A stretch of DNA of 62,853 bases, filler included, from Licmophora abbreviata (taxonomy: Eukaryota), in NCBI GenBank assembly GCA_900291995.1. It is 8 parts of 8 records of this genome, joined end to end, with 100 filler letters (N's around TTAATTAATTAA, not from the genome) between each part and the next. Parts side by side here need not be neighbours in the genome. Positions count along the whole stretch, not along the records: positions 43,639 to 62,853 come from OLMU01000091.1; 7 more parts are not named here. One strand, 5' to 3'. Numbering within the stretch: the stretch's first letter is position 1; each line of letters begins with the position of its first letter. Made by a program: the position numbers and the translations under genes. The notes beneath the pieces are model-generated. The model did not search any database and was not told where the DNA came from. It saw only the letters and a list, made by a program, of their open reading frames with translations. Positions 49,520 to 60,955 of the stretch are shown here, in pieces.

Positions 49520-49844
49520 GAGTTCCGATTGTCGATATTACTGTTTGCTCCATGACCTTTCAGCTACTTACTGTACATAGCGCTACGATCTCGATGTGAA
49601 CAAAGCAAGTACGAAAATAACGAAGGAATGACACAAAATTTATTCGCCAAATGATCTCTATAATTAGCTTGCAACTTATGCGGCCACACCGTGTTTCAGA
49701 TCTCTTTCCCCCTTCTTCGAATGCCGCTTTTTCAAAATGCAAAACGCTGACTCCCTATCGCGTCACAGTCACCCCGACGCATAAGTCTTGACTTGATAAA
49801 ACTAAGATGGGAGACGATGATGACGTCGCTCCATGCATGCTAGA

Positions 49845-50532
49845 CTACAATTCGCGACTGCGACGCTTGCGCCTCTCCCATCGTGACTCTTCACGCTTCT
49901 GCATTACCAAAAGTTTCTGTAGAATACCATATGACCAACGTATCGAGTGAATTACCCACGTCATCAGTTTCAGCTCGAAACATCGAACTATAGACTATCG
50001 AGTCGACGTTTCTGCTTACCTCATCGGACACGTCGGTGAGCGCGTCAATTTTTCGTTGCACCAAGTCAACGCGTCGTTCCATACGCTCTTTTTCCTAGGA
50101 TAAGAAAATCATGGGGAAATTGTGAGCATTACTAAACGCATAGGTGTTCTTCGAGAGACAGAATGCGTCCTACCTCAGCAGAAAGCTGAATCTCGCCTGC
50201 CGCGTGGTCCGCAAGCTTCTTGCGTGAATCTACAAGCATTCTCTCGAACTGACCCCTTCTTTTATTCGTTTGTTCCACAAGAGCTTCGCGCTACAGTTGA
50301 GAAGTCAATTGATGCCGACATGAGAGACGTTCGACATGGCTCAAAAGTCAACGGGGCGAGAGACCAAACAAATGTTACCCTGACTCACCGATACTTTTCC
50401 ATCGCGGTCCGGACGAGTCAATGTTCTGCTGTCCCACAGATCATCCAGCTCATCTTCTCGGCCTGCCCAAGTCGTTACGGCAACGATAAGAAAGAAAAAC
50501 AGCGTCATTAAGCGCCGCGACATCGCCATCAT
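49845..50532 (-). CDS. Small secretory protein (129 aa) ending SREL; exons 50532-50389, 50290-50174, 50094-50020, 49898-49845
   Basis: Three phase-0 GT..AG introns give one open frame: signal peptide, charged helices and a KDEL-like end. Confidence 0.8.
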
Positions 50533-50824
50533 GGTCGTGAGGGTCGTGCGCACAGCACGAAAAATGGGATCATGGAGTGTGCCCGAAATCTTCTTTGAAC
50601 TGAGAACAGTCTGTCATGCGATGAGTTCAGGTCATTTTTTGTTTATGGAAAGTCATTCTATCCGTATCATGACAGTCCCTACGCACAATCACAGTACTTT
50701 CAACTCTCTTGCAATGTTCTGCCCGTCACAAGACTCCAACAGGCACATTGATTGTGGGCCAAAATATCCCTCGAAGAAGCGATCAACGTCGATCTCGCAG
50801 TACTTTCGTTCTCCTGGTTCCATC

Positions 50825-51385
50825 ATGGCGCTCCCGACGTCCAACGACGAGTCCATCATGGAAGTGCGAATGCAGCTGGTGCAAAAAGAGGCCAAGATTG
50901 CAATCCTCGAACAGACTACGCAGATTCAACAGGAAGCTATGGCGGCCTTGAGGAAGGAACTCGAGTCTCTCCGTGGCGGATCAACGAGTGCTCCTTCTGA
51001 CAAGGACAGCGTTAAGAAGCTTGAATGCAAAGTTGAGAAACTTACCACAAAATTGAAAGAAAAGGATCATACCATTGCTACTCTCAACTCGGAACTTGAG
51101 AACAAGGGTCTACACGTGATGGAGTTGGCAAGCGAACTCCGTGCTGTGGAGGAAGAGATGATTATGCGATCATCAGCGGGAAGCAAACTTGATGCTTACG
51201 AAGATGAGGTGAGAATGAGAGTGTCAGTTTGTGTAGATTTCATGAGGGTGCATCGCTCGCTTACGAAGTGTTCTTTCTCAACGCTTTTCGATACGCAGAG
51301 CATGCCTAGTATCGCACAGGATTCAATTCAGCTCAGGAAAAAGAAAAAGAAGAAGTCACCTCTGCCATCTATCATTGATCAGTAA
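50825..51385 (+). CDS. Small coiled-coil protein (probable in-frame intron 51209-51298)
   Basis: Heptad-rich MALPTSND...; basic C-terminal RKKKKKK. Confidence 0.65.
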   Translation: MALPTSNDESIMEVRMQLVQKEAKIAILEQTTQIQQEAMAALRKELESLRGGSTSAPSDKDSVKKLECKVEKLTTKLKEKDHTIATLNSELENKGLHVMELASELRAVEEEMIMRSSAGSKLDAYEDEVRMRVSVCVDFMRVHRSLTKCSFSTLFDTQSMPSIAQDSIQLRKKKKKKSPLPSIIDQ

Positions 51386-51579
51386 AGAGCGTTACAAGAC
51401 CACGTCATGTCGTAATATACTGCAAACGATGCCGTGGACAATGTGTAAGCATATATGTCATGGCACCAAAGGTGCCAATATGCGATGTGCAGCTCCAGTT
51501 CGGCCAAGCTACACCCCACACTCTAGTAAAAGTAGTCAATTACTTTTATGTTACTGTATGAAGAGCTTTCTCCCATTTA

Positions 51580-52995
51580 TTATGCGTCATAAAGTTCAAA
51601 CTTCATACGCTTGGCGAGCTGCGGGTGTGTAAAGTTATAGTGTTCGAGCGGAGTTCTTCCCTGGTGCCACTTTCGCGTTGCTTCACTGTTGACAGAGTAC
51701 GGTCTCACACTATCACACTCAGTTAGTAATCCTGCCCACAGGACAAAAGTTGATCTAGCTGGTCCCACTAGCTCTTTCTTGGCACTCTTGAGAAAACAAA
51801 AGTCTTCGATGCCTTCCTGTGGCTCTACAATTCGTGCCTGGAGCCCACGTTCCCGGAAGGCGTCGACATACTCATGGACACCCGTACTGTTTCGATCGGT
51901 CGTCAGAATGGCAATCTTGTCGCCGTCCTTTAAGTTTCCAAAGAGTTCGTAGGCTGTTCGGTTTGGATTGAGCTCTTCAAATCCGTATGCCATGCCGACC
52001 CTCGGGAGCTCCGCCATGAAATTCCTGTAAACAAACACGGACTCGTCGGGGTCTGGCTTGTTCTTGCAACAGGAGTCATCAAACGCAAAGAGCTCCTGGA
52101 TGTGATCATAATATCGATCCACCATGATATCCAAATCACTGATCTTGTCCGAGAAAAGAAACGGAAGACCGATGTCCGTCTCAGACGTTGCGGGTCTAGC
52201 CTTTTCATGAGACAGAAAGTGCGTGAAGTTTTGCAGATACTGTTTGATTTCTGTCTCGTTGCCAGTGTATGGATTCATGGCGAAGCCCAACCATTCCTCT
52301 TGCTCGCTTTTCAGCTCGACGAAGTCATTTGTATTGGCAGCCTCGAAGTCCCAATCCTTCGCCTTTGGGAAACACTTGACAAGATCGTCGCGGCCCTTGA
52401 CCCAAAATGGACGCTCTTGGTGCCGAAGAACGACCTTTGTTTCAATGCCATATTCCTGTTCTAGCCATAGCTTGAGTCCGTATCCCTGTGACAATTTCCC
52501 AAGGTAGTTACCCAATCGGCCCTGTAACTGAACGACAATCGAAGGAAGCGACGTTTTCTTTTCATCCGATGGAGTAGTATCAGTACCTTGCGGCTCTGAC
52601 ATTTCCTTGCCTGGCTCCAGTGCCTCGCTCTGTGGCTGCCCACTACTTGAGCTGCTTTCTGGTGCACTAAGGGAATCCTCGACGAGCTTCGTTTCCCCTC
52701 GAAGAGACCTCATTGGGTCAACGGTAGTTCGTGTTGTGGTGGTTGTCGGCACTGTCGGCACACGTTTCGTTTCCGGTTGTGAGGAATCATCGACATCCTC
52801 GCCATTCTCGCTGTTCCCTTGTGTCACATGTACTGGATCATGAGTGTCTACAGCAATCGCATGCGTTTCGAACGACTGTTCTGCTGTTCTCTTCAAACCT
52901 GTCGTCAAGATGGAGACCCCCCTGTGTTCTTGGAGTAGTCCAGAAAAGACGAGACACGACGCGCAAATGGCAATTACGATCACTTGAAGATTCAT
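51580..52995 (-). CDS. Type II membrane glycosyltransferase, GT11 (alpha-1,2-fucosyltransferase)-like
   Basis: N-terminal TM plus S/T/E stem; VQLQGRLGN; DFCFL...STFVLWAGLL resemble GT11 motifs. Confidence 0.65.
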   Translation of the reverse strand: MNLQVIVIAICASCLVFSGLLQEHRGVSILTTGLKRTAEQSFETHAIAVDTHDPVHVTQGNSENGEDVDDSSQPETKRVPTVPTTTTTRTTVDPMRSLRGETKLVEDSLSAPESSSSSGQPQSEALEPGKEMSEPQGTDTTPSDEKKTSLPSIVVQLQGRLGNYLGKLSQGYGLKLWLEQEYGIETKVVLRHQERPFWVKGRDDLVKCFPKAKDWDFEAANTNDFVELKSEQEEWLGFAMNPYTGNETEIKQYLQNFTHFLSHEKARPATSETDIGLPFLFSDKISDLDIMVDRYYDHIQELFAFDDSCCKNKPDPDESVFVYRNFMAELPRVGMAYGFEELNPNRTAYELFGNLKDGDKIAILTTDRNSTGVHEYVDAFRERGLQARIVEPQEGIEDFCFLKSAKKELVGPARSTFVLWAGLLTECDSVRPYSVNSEATRKWHQGRTPLEHYNFTHPQLAKRMKFELYDA

Positions 52996-53536
52996 GGTAG
53001 AAGAGATTGTACAAATGATGTGAGGAGCCGCCAAACATTGTGAATCACGCACTTCACTTGGTGCTCGGGAGCAGCAAAGATCGTGGCATTGCTATTCTAC
53101 TAATCACGAGTTGTTGGATCAGGGCACAAGGCAAGTCCCGAGAGTCTTCTTTCGCAATTTCGATGTTTAGATTGGCTCAAACTGCCTCTTGAATGTAATA
53201 ATCAGACACTTACCTTTCATAAATATAATGATTAATATCCATATGTAGCTCATAATTGGAGTTTGAGTGGACTATGGCCTCAGTCAAAATGCAAGAGTCA
53301 TGAAAAGTAATAGTTGTAATTAAGTCATGAGGCTTGGAATGATCTCAATCACTCGTTTGTTGCGCGTGAAGGAAATTTCGATTTCGATCGAGAGGTGGAA
53401 GGAACGATGTGTGTGTGCGGCGCGCCACGACGACGAGCCACTCGAAGGCGACGAGAGGCTGAGCGCTGTACCGATAGATCATTATTAGTGGACTACCTAG
53501 CCTGTGTCATCGCGACTGCTCATACCGTTCTGAACC

Positions 53537-54394
53537 ATGGTGGACATTGAAGAAGTCAATGAAGTACCGTCTCCCTCGGAGGAGCGCCTTTTGGACGCTG
53601 AGGAAATCGATAGAGCCGCTGCAGCCGCGACGCGTCCGTCGGCAAAGATGCAACTTGAAGCATTGGCCAAGAAGCTTCGCAAGGATAGCGCCGCATTAAA
53701 GCGTGTGGAGGAAAGTCGTGCCAAGGCGGAAGCAACATCGACTACGAGCGCTGAAGTAGCCAAAGCTTCGGAGTCTGCTATCGCCAGTGCTCTCGCCCCC
53801 ACAATCGTAAGTCCCGCCGCCACTACTGTCCTTGCCAGCCCCCCGCCGGCAACACCGAGCGCCAAATATGTCCCTGTGGACAAGTTTGCATTTGATGACG
53901 GGGGTTATAGTGGACCCTATGTGACACTGTACGTGAATCTTCCGTCGGTAGGCTCCATCCCGAAGGACTGCATTTCGTGCGATTTCACGTCGACGTCGTT
54001 TGATCTAATCGTCCAAGCCTTGAAAGGAAAATCCTATCGACTCTTCAAGAACAACCTGGAAAAGGACATCAACCCAGACAGTAGCAAATATATTGTCAAG
54101 TCCGACAAGGTTATCGTCAAACTGGCCAAAATCAAATCCGAACACGGCTCTTTTGAGTACTGGTCGCAGCTCACTGCCAAGAAGAAATCCAAGGTCGGAG
54201 CAGATGGAAAGCGCCAGCAGGAGAACCCAGCATCATCTATCATGGATCTCATGAAGGACATGTACGACAGTGGTGATGATAATATGCGAAAGGTGATCGG
54301 TGAAACGATGATGAAGCAGAGGACCGGACAGCTCGACAAGGACAGCATGCTCGGCAAAGGCGGAAGTGGACTCGATGACATGGGCGACTTTTGA
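53537..54394 (+). CDS. CACYBP: Calcyclin-binding/Siah-interacting protein (CS + SGS domains)
   Basis: VTLYV..FDLIV..KSYRL..NLEKDI..KLAK; NPASSIMDLMKDMYDSGDDNMRKVIGE. Confidence 0.9.
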   Translation: MVDIEEVNEVPSPSEERLLDAEEIDRAAAAATRPSAKMQLEALAKKLRKDSAALKRVEESRAKAEATSTTSAEVAKASESAIASALAPTIVSPAATTVLASPPPATPSAKYVPVDKFAFDDGGYSGPYVTLYVNLPSVGSIPKDCISCDFTSTSFDLIVQALKGKSYRLFKNNLEKDINPDSSKYIVKSDKVIVKLAKIKSEHGSFEYWSQLTAKKKSKVGADGKRQQENPASSIMDLMKDMYDSGDDNMRKVIGETMMKQRTGQLDKDSMLGKGGSGLDDMGDF

Positions 54395-54773
54395 TATCGT
54401 GTATTAGAAGAGCCAGGTGCTGGCATGGTATGAAGCTTAGATATAGACGAATGGCACAGGGGCTCAACAGTATCGGTTTACCAAGCCACATTAGTAGTTT
54501 GAAGTAGCTTCAAACAATGGCCTCGGCGTCCGCACCATGATTACTAGCAGTCGAGTCGAGTGAGTCCACAAAATACGTCGTTGACGTAGAATGACGTCAC
54601 ATGATGGATACAGTTTCAATTTGGATCTTTTGTTCGATTTGGAGCGCTCGTCGTCATTAGAATATACACCGCGGCGCCACACTTGTTCCCATGGCATTCG
54701 CCAATGGCCGCTGTCATTTGCCGTTAATCTGGCATTGTTCATATAAGGGGCGCGGGCTGTTTATATCAGAAGT

Positions 54774-57700
54774 ATGGATATGAAACCATCGAAATCTATC
54801 ACGGGAGCTGCATCTCATATGCAACTCCCTCCTTCGCCGGAGCTAGCAGCACTTTCACCGCCCTCGCACCAACACGCTGTCCCGCCGGTACCAGACTACT
54901 TGACTCTAGCGCAAGAATCGCGCCCGGAACGGAGCTCTCGGCTAAGGGCTATCGCCAAACATGGAACATTTTGTCCTCGGGTGATTGCCTGCTCGATGCC
55001 ACCCGTTTCAAGCTTGCCTGCGAACGACTCGACAAAAGGACGAGCTCAATATCGGGATGATTCGTCGTTGATCGCTCTTGCCGGCCCCAACGGTGTTCTC
55101 CTGACTCGAGTATCACGTCCCCAGACGCCATTGGCTATCTTAAGCCATGTATCGTCGACAAATAGTCAGAGCTCATCCATATCTACCCTCGCTTTTCAGC
55201 CTCCGTCGTCGGATTCGTCACTGCTAGCGGCTGGTCGAGGATCTGGGGTTCTAATCTGGGATGCGTCGGGGCATAGTTTGAGCCCATTGTTGGGGAGACT
55301 AGGCAGCGAAAGTGGCACTCTATACACTCCTGAACTACAAATTTCGAGCTTAGATTGGAAGGAAGGGGCTCAAACACTGCTGGCGACAACGACCGCGAAC
55401 ACGGCCTGCATCTGGGATGTGAGGACATCAATTGGGCCTGGTCCTTCTAGACCTAGTCTCCGCTTTGGTAAGCGTGCGACGGGTGCTTCAGGATCTCCTT
55501 TGATACAGATTGTGAGCTCTGAGAAGGAGGAATGTGCTATACTCGATCGTTCTGGGATTGTTCGGGTCTATGACATGCGAATGTCTGACCGCTCGCAATT
55601 GAAGGCAGACCGTGGGGGTGAGCTGGTGTCGTTCTCCGCGTTTGGATATTTAGGGGTTGGTATGGCGCACTTCTCAACGAGTCGCCGAGAGAATTGTTGG
55701 TTAGCTTGGGGCCTGGACAAACAACTGGCGCCGGCTGTGGTGAAGATCTGGTCGACGGTCACGGCAGACGCGGCGCCGAAACAGACCGAGGACGAAGAGT
55801 CATACTGGTTTATGGACGGTTCCAGTGAACGCTCCCCCGCACGACCAGCTGCACCAGCCAGTACTCTGAGAGTAACGCACGGTCAGTATCGACAAGTTGC
55901 CCAGTTTACAACGCCGGGCTTGGCCTGTGCAAGAGTGTGCCCAAGTCCGTTTGGGGGGCGTCTTGTTTCTGTAGGACTTCCGCCATCAACTGAAGAGATC
56001 GACCGCAGCGGTTTCCAGGTCGATGTCTGGAAATTTAATTTTGACACAAAAGAAGAATATAGAGACATCAGTGAACTTCAGGTGGACACGTTTGGTGTAG
56101 AAAAAGTTGCGACGTTCTGTGGAGGATCGTCGAAAAACAAGCATCTGGCATTGTCAATCGGCTCCATCACAAGTTTGGGTGCATTGCGAGGCGCTGAACT
56201 GGCGTTGGACATGGATCCCCAGACGGATGAAAAGGAGCTCGGAAAGGAGGAGTCTTCTTCTCCTGTCTCTGAGCTGCAACTGTGCTGCTTGAGCGACGAT
56301 GGACTTGTTACCTCATATGTAAGTATATATTTGATCATCCCGCCCTTAGTCTGTACCGTGAGATGGTGTCCTGACAGTTTTTCTTTCCTCTCTATAGGCC
56401 CTCATGGACAACTTAACGAAGAATGCTGAAAAACCAACGGACGCGAATGCTCGTCGTTTATCCCCCCTTCGGAAAGCAAGGAACCGAAACTTATCATCCG
56501 AGGAAACAAAGATTTTTTCTGGCAGCTCCCAAGACACGACTGTGTTTGATGCCGCGACGGCGCTGCGGACATGGATGATACCATCAACAGCTCTGCCATT
56601 GCAACGGGAAGACGAACTGTTTCCCACTTTGCGCAAGATTGATACGATCACGACGCAATTCCACGTCGACGTCCAGGAATCTTTCGGTCTGATACCGGCG
56701 TCTGCACCCGGCGGAAGTGCGATCATCGCTCCAAACGTGTCGCCAGCGGATCCGGCTGCAAACGCATCGGTTTTGTTAGAGAGCAACGATGATATAGTTG
56801 CCGTTGAGATAGAGCAAGTACAAGGTATCGTCGCTCGCATCGACAAGGGCACTGTCCCGTCGCCCCGGCTATGTGGTGCGTCCTTCAGTGCTGCCAGTGG
56901 CGGTATAATCTGTTTTCAGAATGGCGATGTAAAGAAAATGTGGGCCTGGTTTCGACAGAGCGATCCAAAGCACGATGTACAGCCGTCCGATACCCAGCGT
57001 GGTGGTTTTCATCTTCAAACTCGCCACCAGGCTGACGAGAAGGAGACGATGCTCTTGTTTGCTAGGGGCGACTTGTCCAATAACGATCACCAACTTAGCC
57101 TGCAGCAGCAGTGCCCGAGAACTCTACAGGATTTAGAAAACATGACACAAGCTGCGAAGAAAGCACAGTGGAAGGATAACTTGGACACTATGGATTCCGC
57201 CGACGGCGATTCAGAAGGTTCAGCTGATATCTTCGATGATAGCTCAGATGGATCCTCTACGGTATCTGATGACATCACCGATGGCACTCCCCAGAAACGA
57301 AACGATGCGCTGAGTGGCGATATCCCTGTTGTGAACCAGTCAACATCCTTTGTCGGCCCCTCATCAGATCTTCTCGCACCGGTGGTATCTTATTCTCAAT
57401 TGTATGAGACGCTCGTCTTCAATAGACAATCTAGCGAGCTTGCCAAGGGATGGCTTCTCGGCGAATGGGAATCTGAAGAAGTTGAACAATGGATGTTCGA
57501 CGCGAGCAACGCATCAGGGGACCGTGCTACCCCCAGAACATCAGCTAGACAGGGTAAGATACCGTCTTGTGACCTAGCTTCCATGCTTATAGGCGGCTTG
57601 TTCCTCACTCTGACTCTTTGGATCCCGTGAAGTCTTAGCGACATCCAGATCGGATGCATCTTCGCAATCGCTTTCTCCTACTAGTTCCAACACACGTACA

Positions 57701-59041
57701 CAGAAGTTGCCGTCAATGAAGTCTGATCCAATACTCGCTCACTTGGCACCGAAGAGCCCAAGACGGGGGCAAACGCACGGTGTATCAGCGGGAGACGATG
57801 CCCCTGTGCGAGCAGGCGCTTATAGCGTTCGTCCAAATCGACAGGAGTCGATGGTCTTTCTTCGGAAACTCTTTCAACAACAGGAAGCACGGACACTCCT
57901 GTCTCCTCCCGACGAGCCACTTTGTAAGTGATTCTCGCTTGTACGCCTAATCGCAGCTGGACTTGTTATCTCATCTAGTTCTTGTCGGTTTGATGTCAAA
58001 GTGCCGAAGAAGAAGAACACGCCGCAGCCGAACATTCCTCGAACCGTCTCGTCTGCCGCCGTCCTCGAGACTCTTGCACCAGAGACTGTCGCATTAGACG
58101 AACCGAATTCCCGCGGGCCAAATACTATGATGGGCATCACGACCCTGAGCCCTAGGTCACGCTCGCGACAAAGACAAGAACTGACCCAGGAGAGCAATAT
58201 CAGAACGAAAGAGATTTGTCATCACAACGCCGACGTTTGCCTCACAGCGGGGCAACCCGACAAGGCCAGTACGTGGTCTCTCTTGGCCCAGCTAATGGAA
58301 AATTTAATGCAGTACGAGGGTGACGATTTCAACGGCTGGAACGGTGGGTACTGTGGAGCTCTCGGGCACGATTTGGTGACGAATGTCTTTGAGTTCTACG
58401 AGCTTCAGGGAGACGTCCAGATGCTTGCAACTATGGTCTGCGTGCTGAGTCAAGGACAGCGTAAACCGAGCAACGGATCGCCACGATCGTTACTCCCAGT
58501 TCGTTGGAGCGAAAAGTATGACGGTTATATAAGTCTCTACGCTGACATTCTCTTTGCATGGGGTCTACTGACAGAAAGGGCAGAGTTGAATAAGCACTTG
58601 CTCCATCCGTTGCCGGAGGCGGTGGAATGCGAAGTCTACCCTATACACCAGGAAGGCAGTGATGGGGGTATCCGAACCCCGGGAGTGGCCATTGTCGCCT
58701 TCTGTTCAATTTGCAATCAAGAAACGCCACCAGGTAGTATCGTATGTCGCAAGTGCAGGACGATTGCATTTCGTTGCACAATGTGTTCGAATGCTGTCCG
58801 AGGCCTCTTCACAGTGTGCTGGGCGTGCGGCCACGGTGGTCACACGAATCATATCCTGTCGTGGTTTGAAAACCACAAAACTTGTCCAACTGGATGCGGA
58901 TGTAACTGTGTTTTGGCAACTTTAACGGACGATGGAATGTTGAGCACGGAAAGCGCAATACCTTCGGAACCTCATCTAACTGGTGCGAAGGACGAAGTTG
59001 TATCGTCAATAGCATTCAGTCTCCAGTCGGCGAGAGCGTAG
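54774..59041 (+). CDS. WDR59: GATOR2/SEA subunit WDR59 (Sea3/Mtc5)-like, 4 exons
   Basis: N-terminal WD40 repeats, VPSPRLCGASFS, ICHHNA, GDVQMLATMVCVL, C-terminal RING FRCTMC...CGHGGHTNHILSWF..CPTGCGC. Confidence 0.88.
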
Positions 59042-59570
59042 TCTAAGCGACAGCTATTGTATGACACACTTTTGTTGGATGTACGCCACATCTCAACAGA
59101 AAATTCGACTTGTGGTAATGGAGCTGTGGTGTGAAAATGAATCGATTGAAGGCCTGCCAGTATAGACCCGCGCCGTTGTTTAGCTTAGCCGCCTGTCCCT
59201 CGACGGATGGAAGGTTGTTATTAGCGCGCCAAAAAATAAATCTCATCACGCCGTGGCGACGATGATCGCGGACAGATCGCGGGCACACATCATCCTCACA
59301 CAAAGGATTGCGATATGAAGAGACTGTAGTGACAATGGACATCAGTGCCGCGACGTCTCAGCGCCAGCGCAACCCGTACAGCAATATGCAGGACCATCCT
59401 TTCCAAACAACCCAGGCTCGTGCAGTAAGTAACGAGAGCGCTCCAGCGACACACAGACAGCAGCATTGCGAAACTCAGTAGTCAAGTCGCTCGCTCCTCA
59501 GCATCCAGCAACAACGCCTCTTACCGCTGCGTTGCTCTTCCTTTCGTTGAGACAGACGGTCGCGACGCGC

Positions 59571-60923
59571 ATGAACGTGCCTAACTATCAATCCCAGCAA
59601 CAAGAGGCCATCACCTTGTCTTGCTTGTATACGAAGCACAAAACTCAGAAGCGCAAGACGTGGCAAGACGGAAAACTGGTGCTCCTTGCCTGTAGCGCTG
59701 TCCTACACGACGCCCATCCAGCCCCTGGTGCGAGCGATACTCCACTGGCCGAATGTGAACTATCGCGATCCCAAAGAGATGCTCTAGCTCGACAAACCGA
59801 AACGCGTCTGGAAACTGAAAAGATTTTGATTCATGTCGAGGGACCTTGGACGAATCCGCGCTTGTTGCCACCGCCCCGAGCAGCAGTGGCGCCTCGTCTT
59901 GTGTCGCAGGGAATGCAGAAAGTACTTCATCGCAAGTTCCAAAGGCCTCAAGCGTACGTGCCGCCCCACCCTACACAACAGTCGTCTCGACAGGTCTTGG
60001 GGAAGCGTCCCAGATCGGCACCTCTCCAGCCAGGCGAGCTGCAGCGACGATACTACGGCGAGACTGGCACAGCTCCTCCGCCTACGGCGCCACTGGCGTC
60101 CGCTCAGCTGCAACAGGGCCGTAATGCTACTTTCCAGGACGGGCAACAGGGTGTTGCTAGCGGAAATCCGTACTCGCAGACGGCAGCCGCTCTGCAGGAC
60201 AACCGAGTCGCTTCCCACATGCAGTATCCTCAATGGAACGCTCCAGCTGCTCAACACCGACCACTTGATTCAAGCGAGCAGCCACCGAACACTTGTGCTT
60301 TGAACAGAGAAAATTCATTTGTTTCCAACGAACACCTAGGCGACGGGGCCACTCCTTCTGCTCCACCGGACTACAATCCCCCGCCGACGCCATGGAATGC
60401 GCCTCCTCCAACCATTCCGCCGCGGCCGCCTCAATCTAAGGAGATGCAGCTGCCAGAAGTGCAGCCGTCGCTGTTCATGAGCAATGCGTTCGACCCCGAA
60501 ATTTTTTATGGGGAGGAGGCGGAAGAAGAAAACGACGACGTCTCTACACAGTCGACTATCTTCTGGAATCCCGGGGTTACGATGAATAAAAGCCTGCCAA
60601 TTCCGGTGAACAACGGCGTGGAATCTGAAGCCGACGCCAGTGCATACCCGGAACAGCCATCAGTTTCAAGGGTGCCTGACGAAAGTAGCAAACAGGCGAC
60701 GATGTCTACGAGCGAACTATTGAATGCATTTGGCGTTGGCGTCTTGTCGACTGCCGCCGAGATGGAAGCGCTTGGGCGTCACTCGTCGGAGCAGTCACAT
60801 GAGGAGAGCGAAGCTTCTAAGACATCCCACGAGTTTCAGTTGCCTCCAGCTTCGGACTCGTCATCCGACGAGGAGGAGGAACAGAGGGCGCCCTCGATAA
60901 AGGAGACAAATGTAACACATTGA
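59571..60923 (+). CDS. DUF2439 (ZGRF1/Mte1 N-terminal) domain protein with disordered tail
   Basis: CLYTKHKTQKRKTWQDGKL is the DUF2439 signature. Confidence 0.85.
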   Translation: MNVPNYQSQQQEAITLSCLYTKHKTQKRKTWQDGKLVLLACSAVLHDAHPAPGASDTPLAECELSRSQRDALARQTETRLETEKILIHVEGPWTNPRLLPPPRAAVAPRLVSQGMQKVLHRKFQRPQAYVPPHPTQQSSRQVLGKRPRSAPLQPGELQRRYYGETGTAPPPTAPLASAQLQQGRNATFQDGQQGVASGNPYSQTAAALQDNRVASHMQYPQWNAPAAQHRPLDSSEQPPNTCALNRENSFVSNEHLGDGATPSAPPDYNPPPTPWNAPPPTIPPRPPQSKEMQLPEVQPSLFMSNAFDPEIFYGEEAEEENDDVSTQSTIFWNPGVTMNKSLPIPVNNGVESEADASAYPEQPSVSRVPDESSKQATMSTSELLNAFGVGVLSTAAEMEALGRHSSEQSHEESEASKTSHEFQLPPASDSSSDEEEEQRAPSIKETNVTH

Positions 60924-60955
60924 ATAATTCAGCTAATACACAGTGCACCACGACT

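Noticed and set aside
53100..53340. AT-rich patch containing ACTTACCT (U1-like 5' end)
   Set aside because: No U1 stem-loops or Sm site follow; it reads equally well as a minus-strand AG|GTAAGT donor or as chance.
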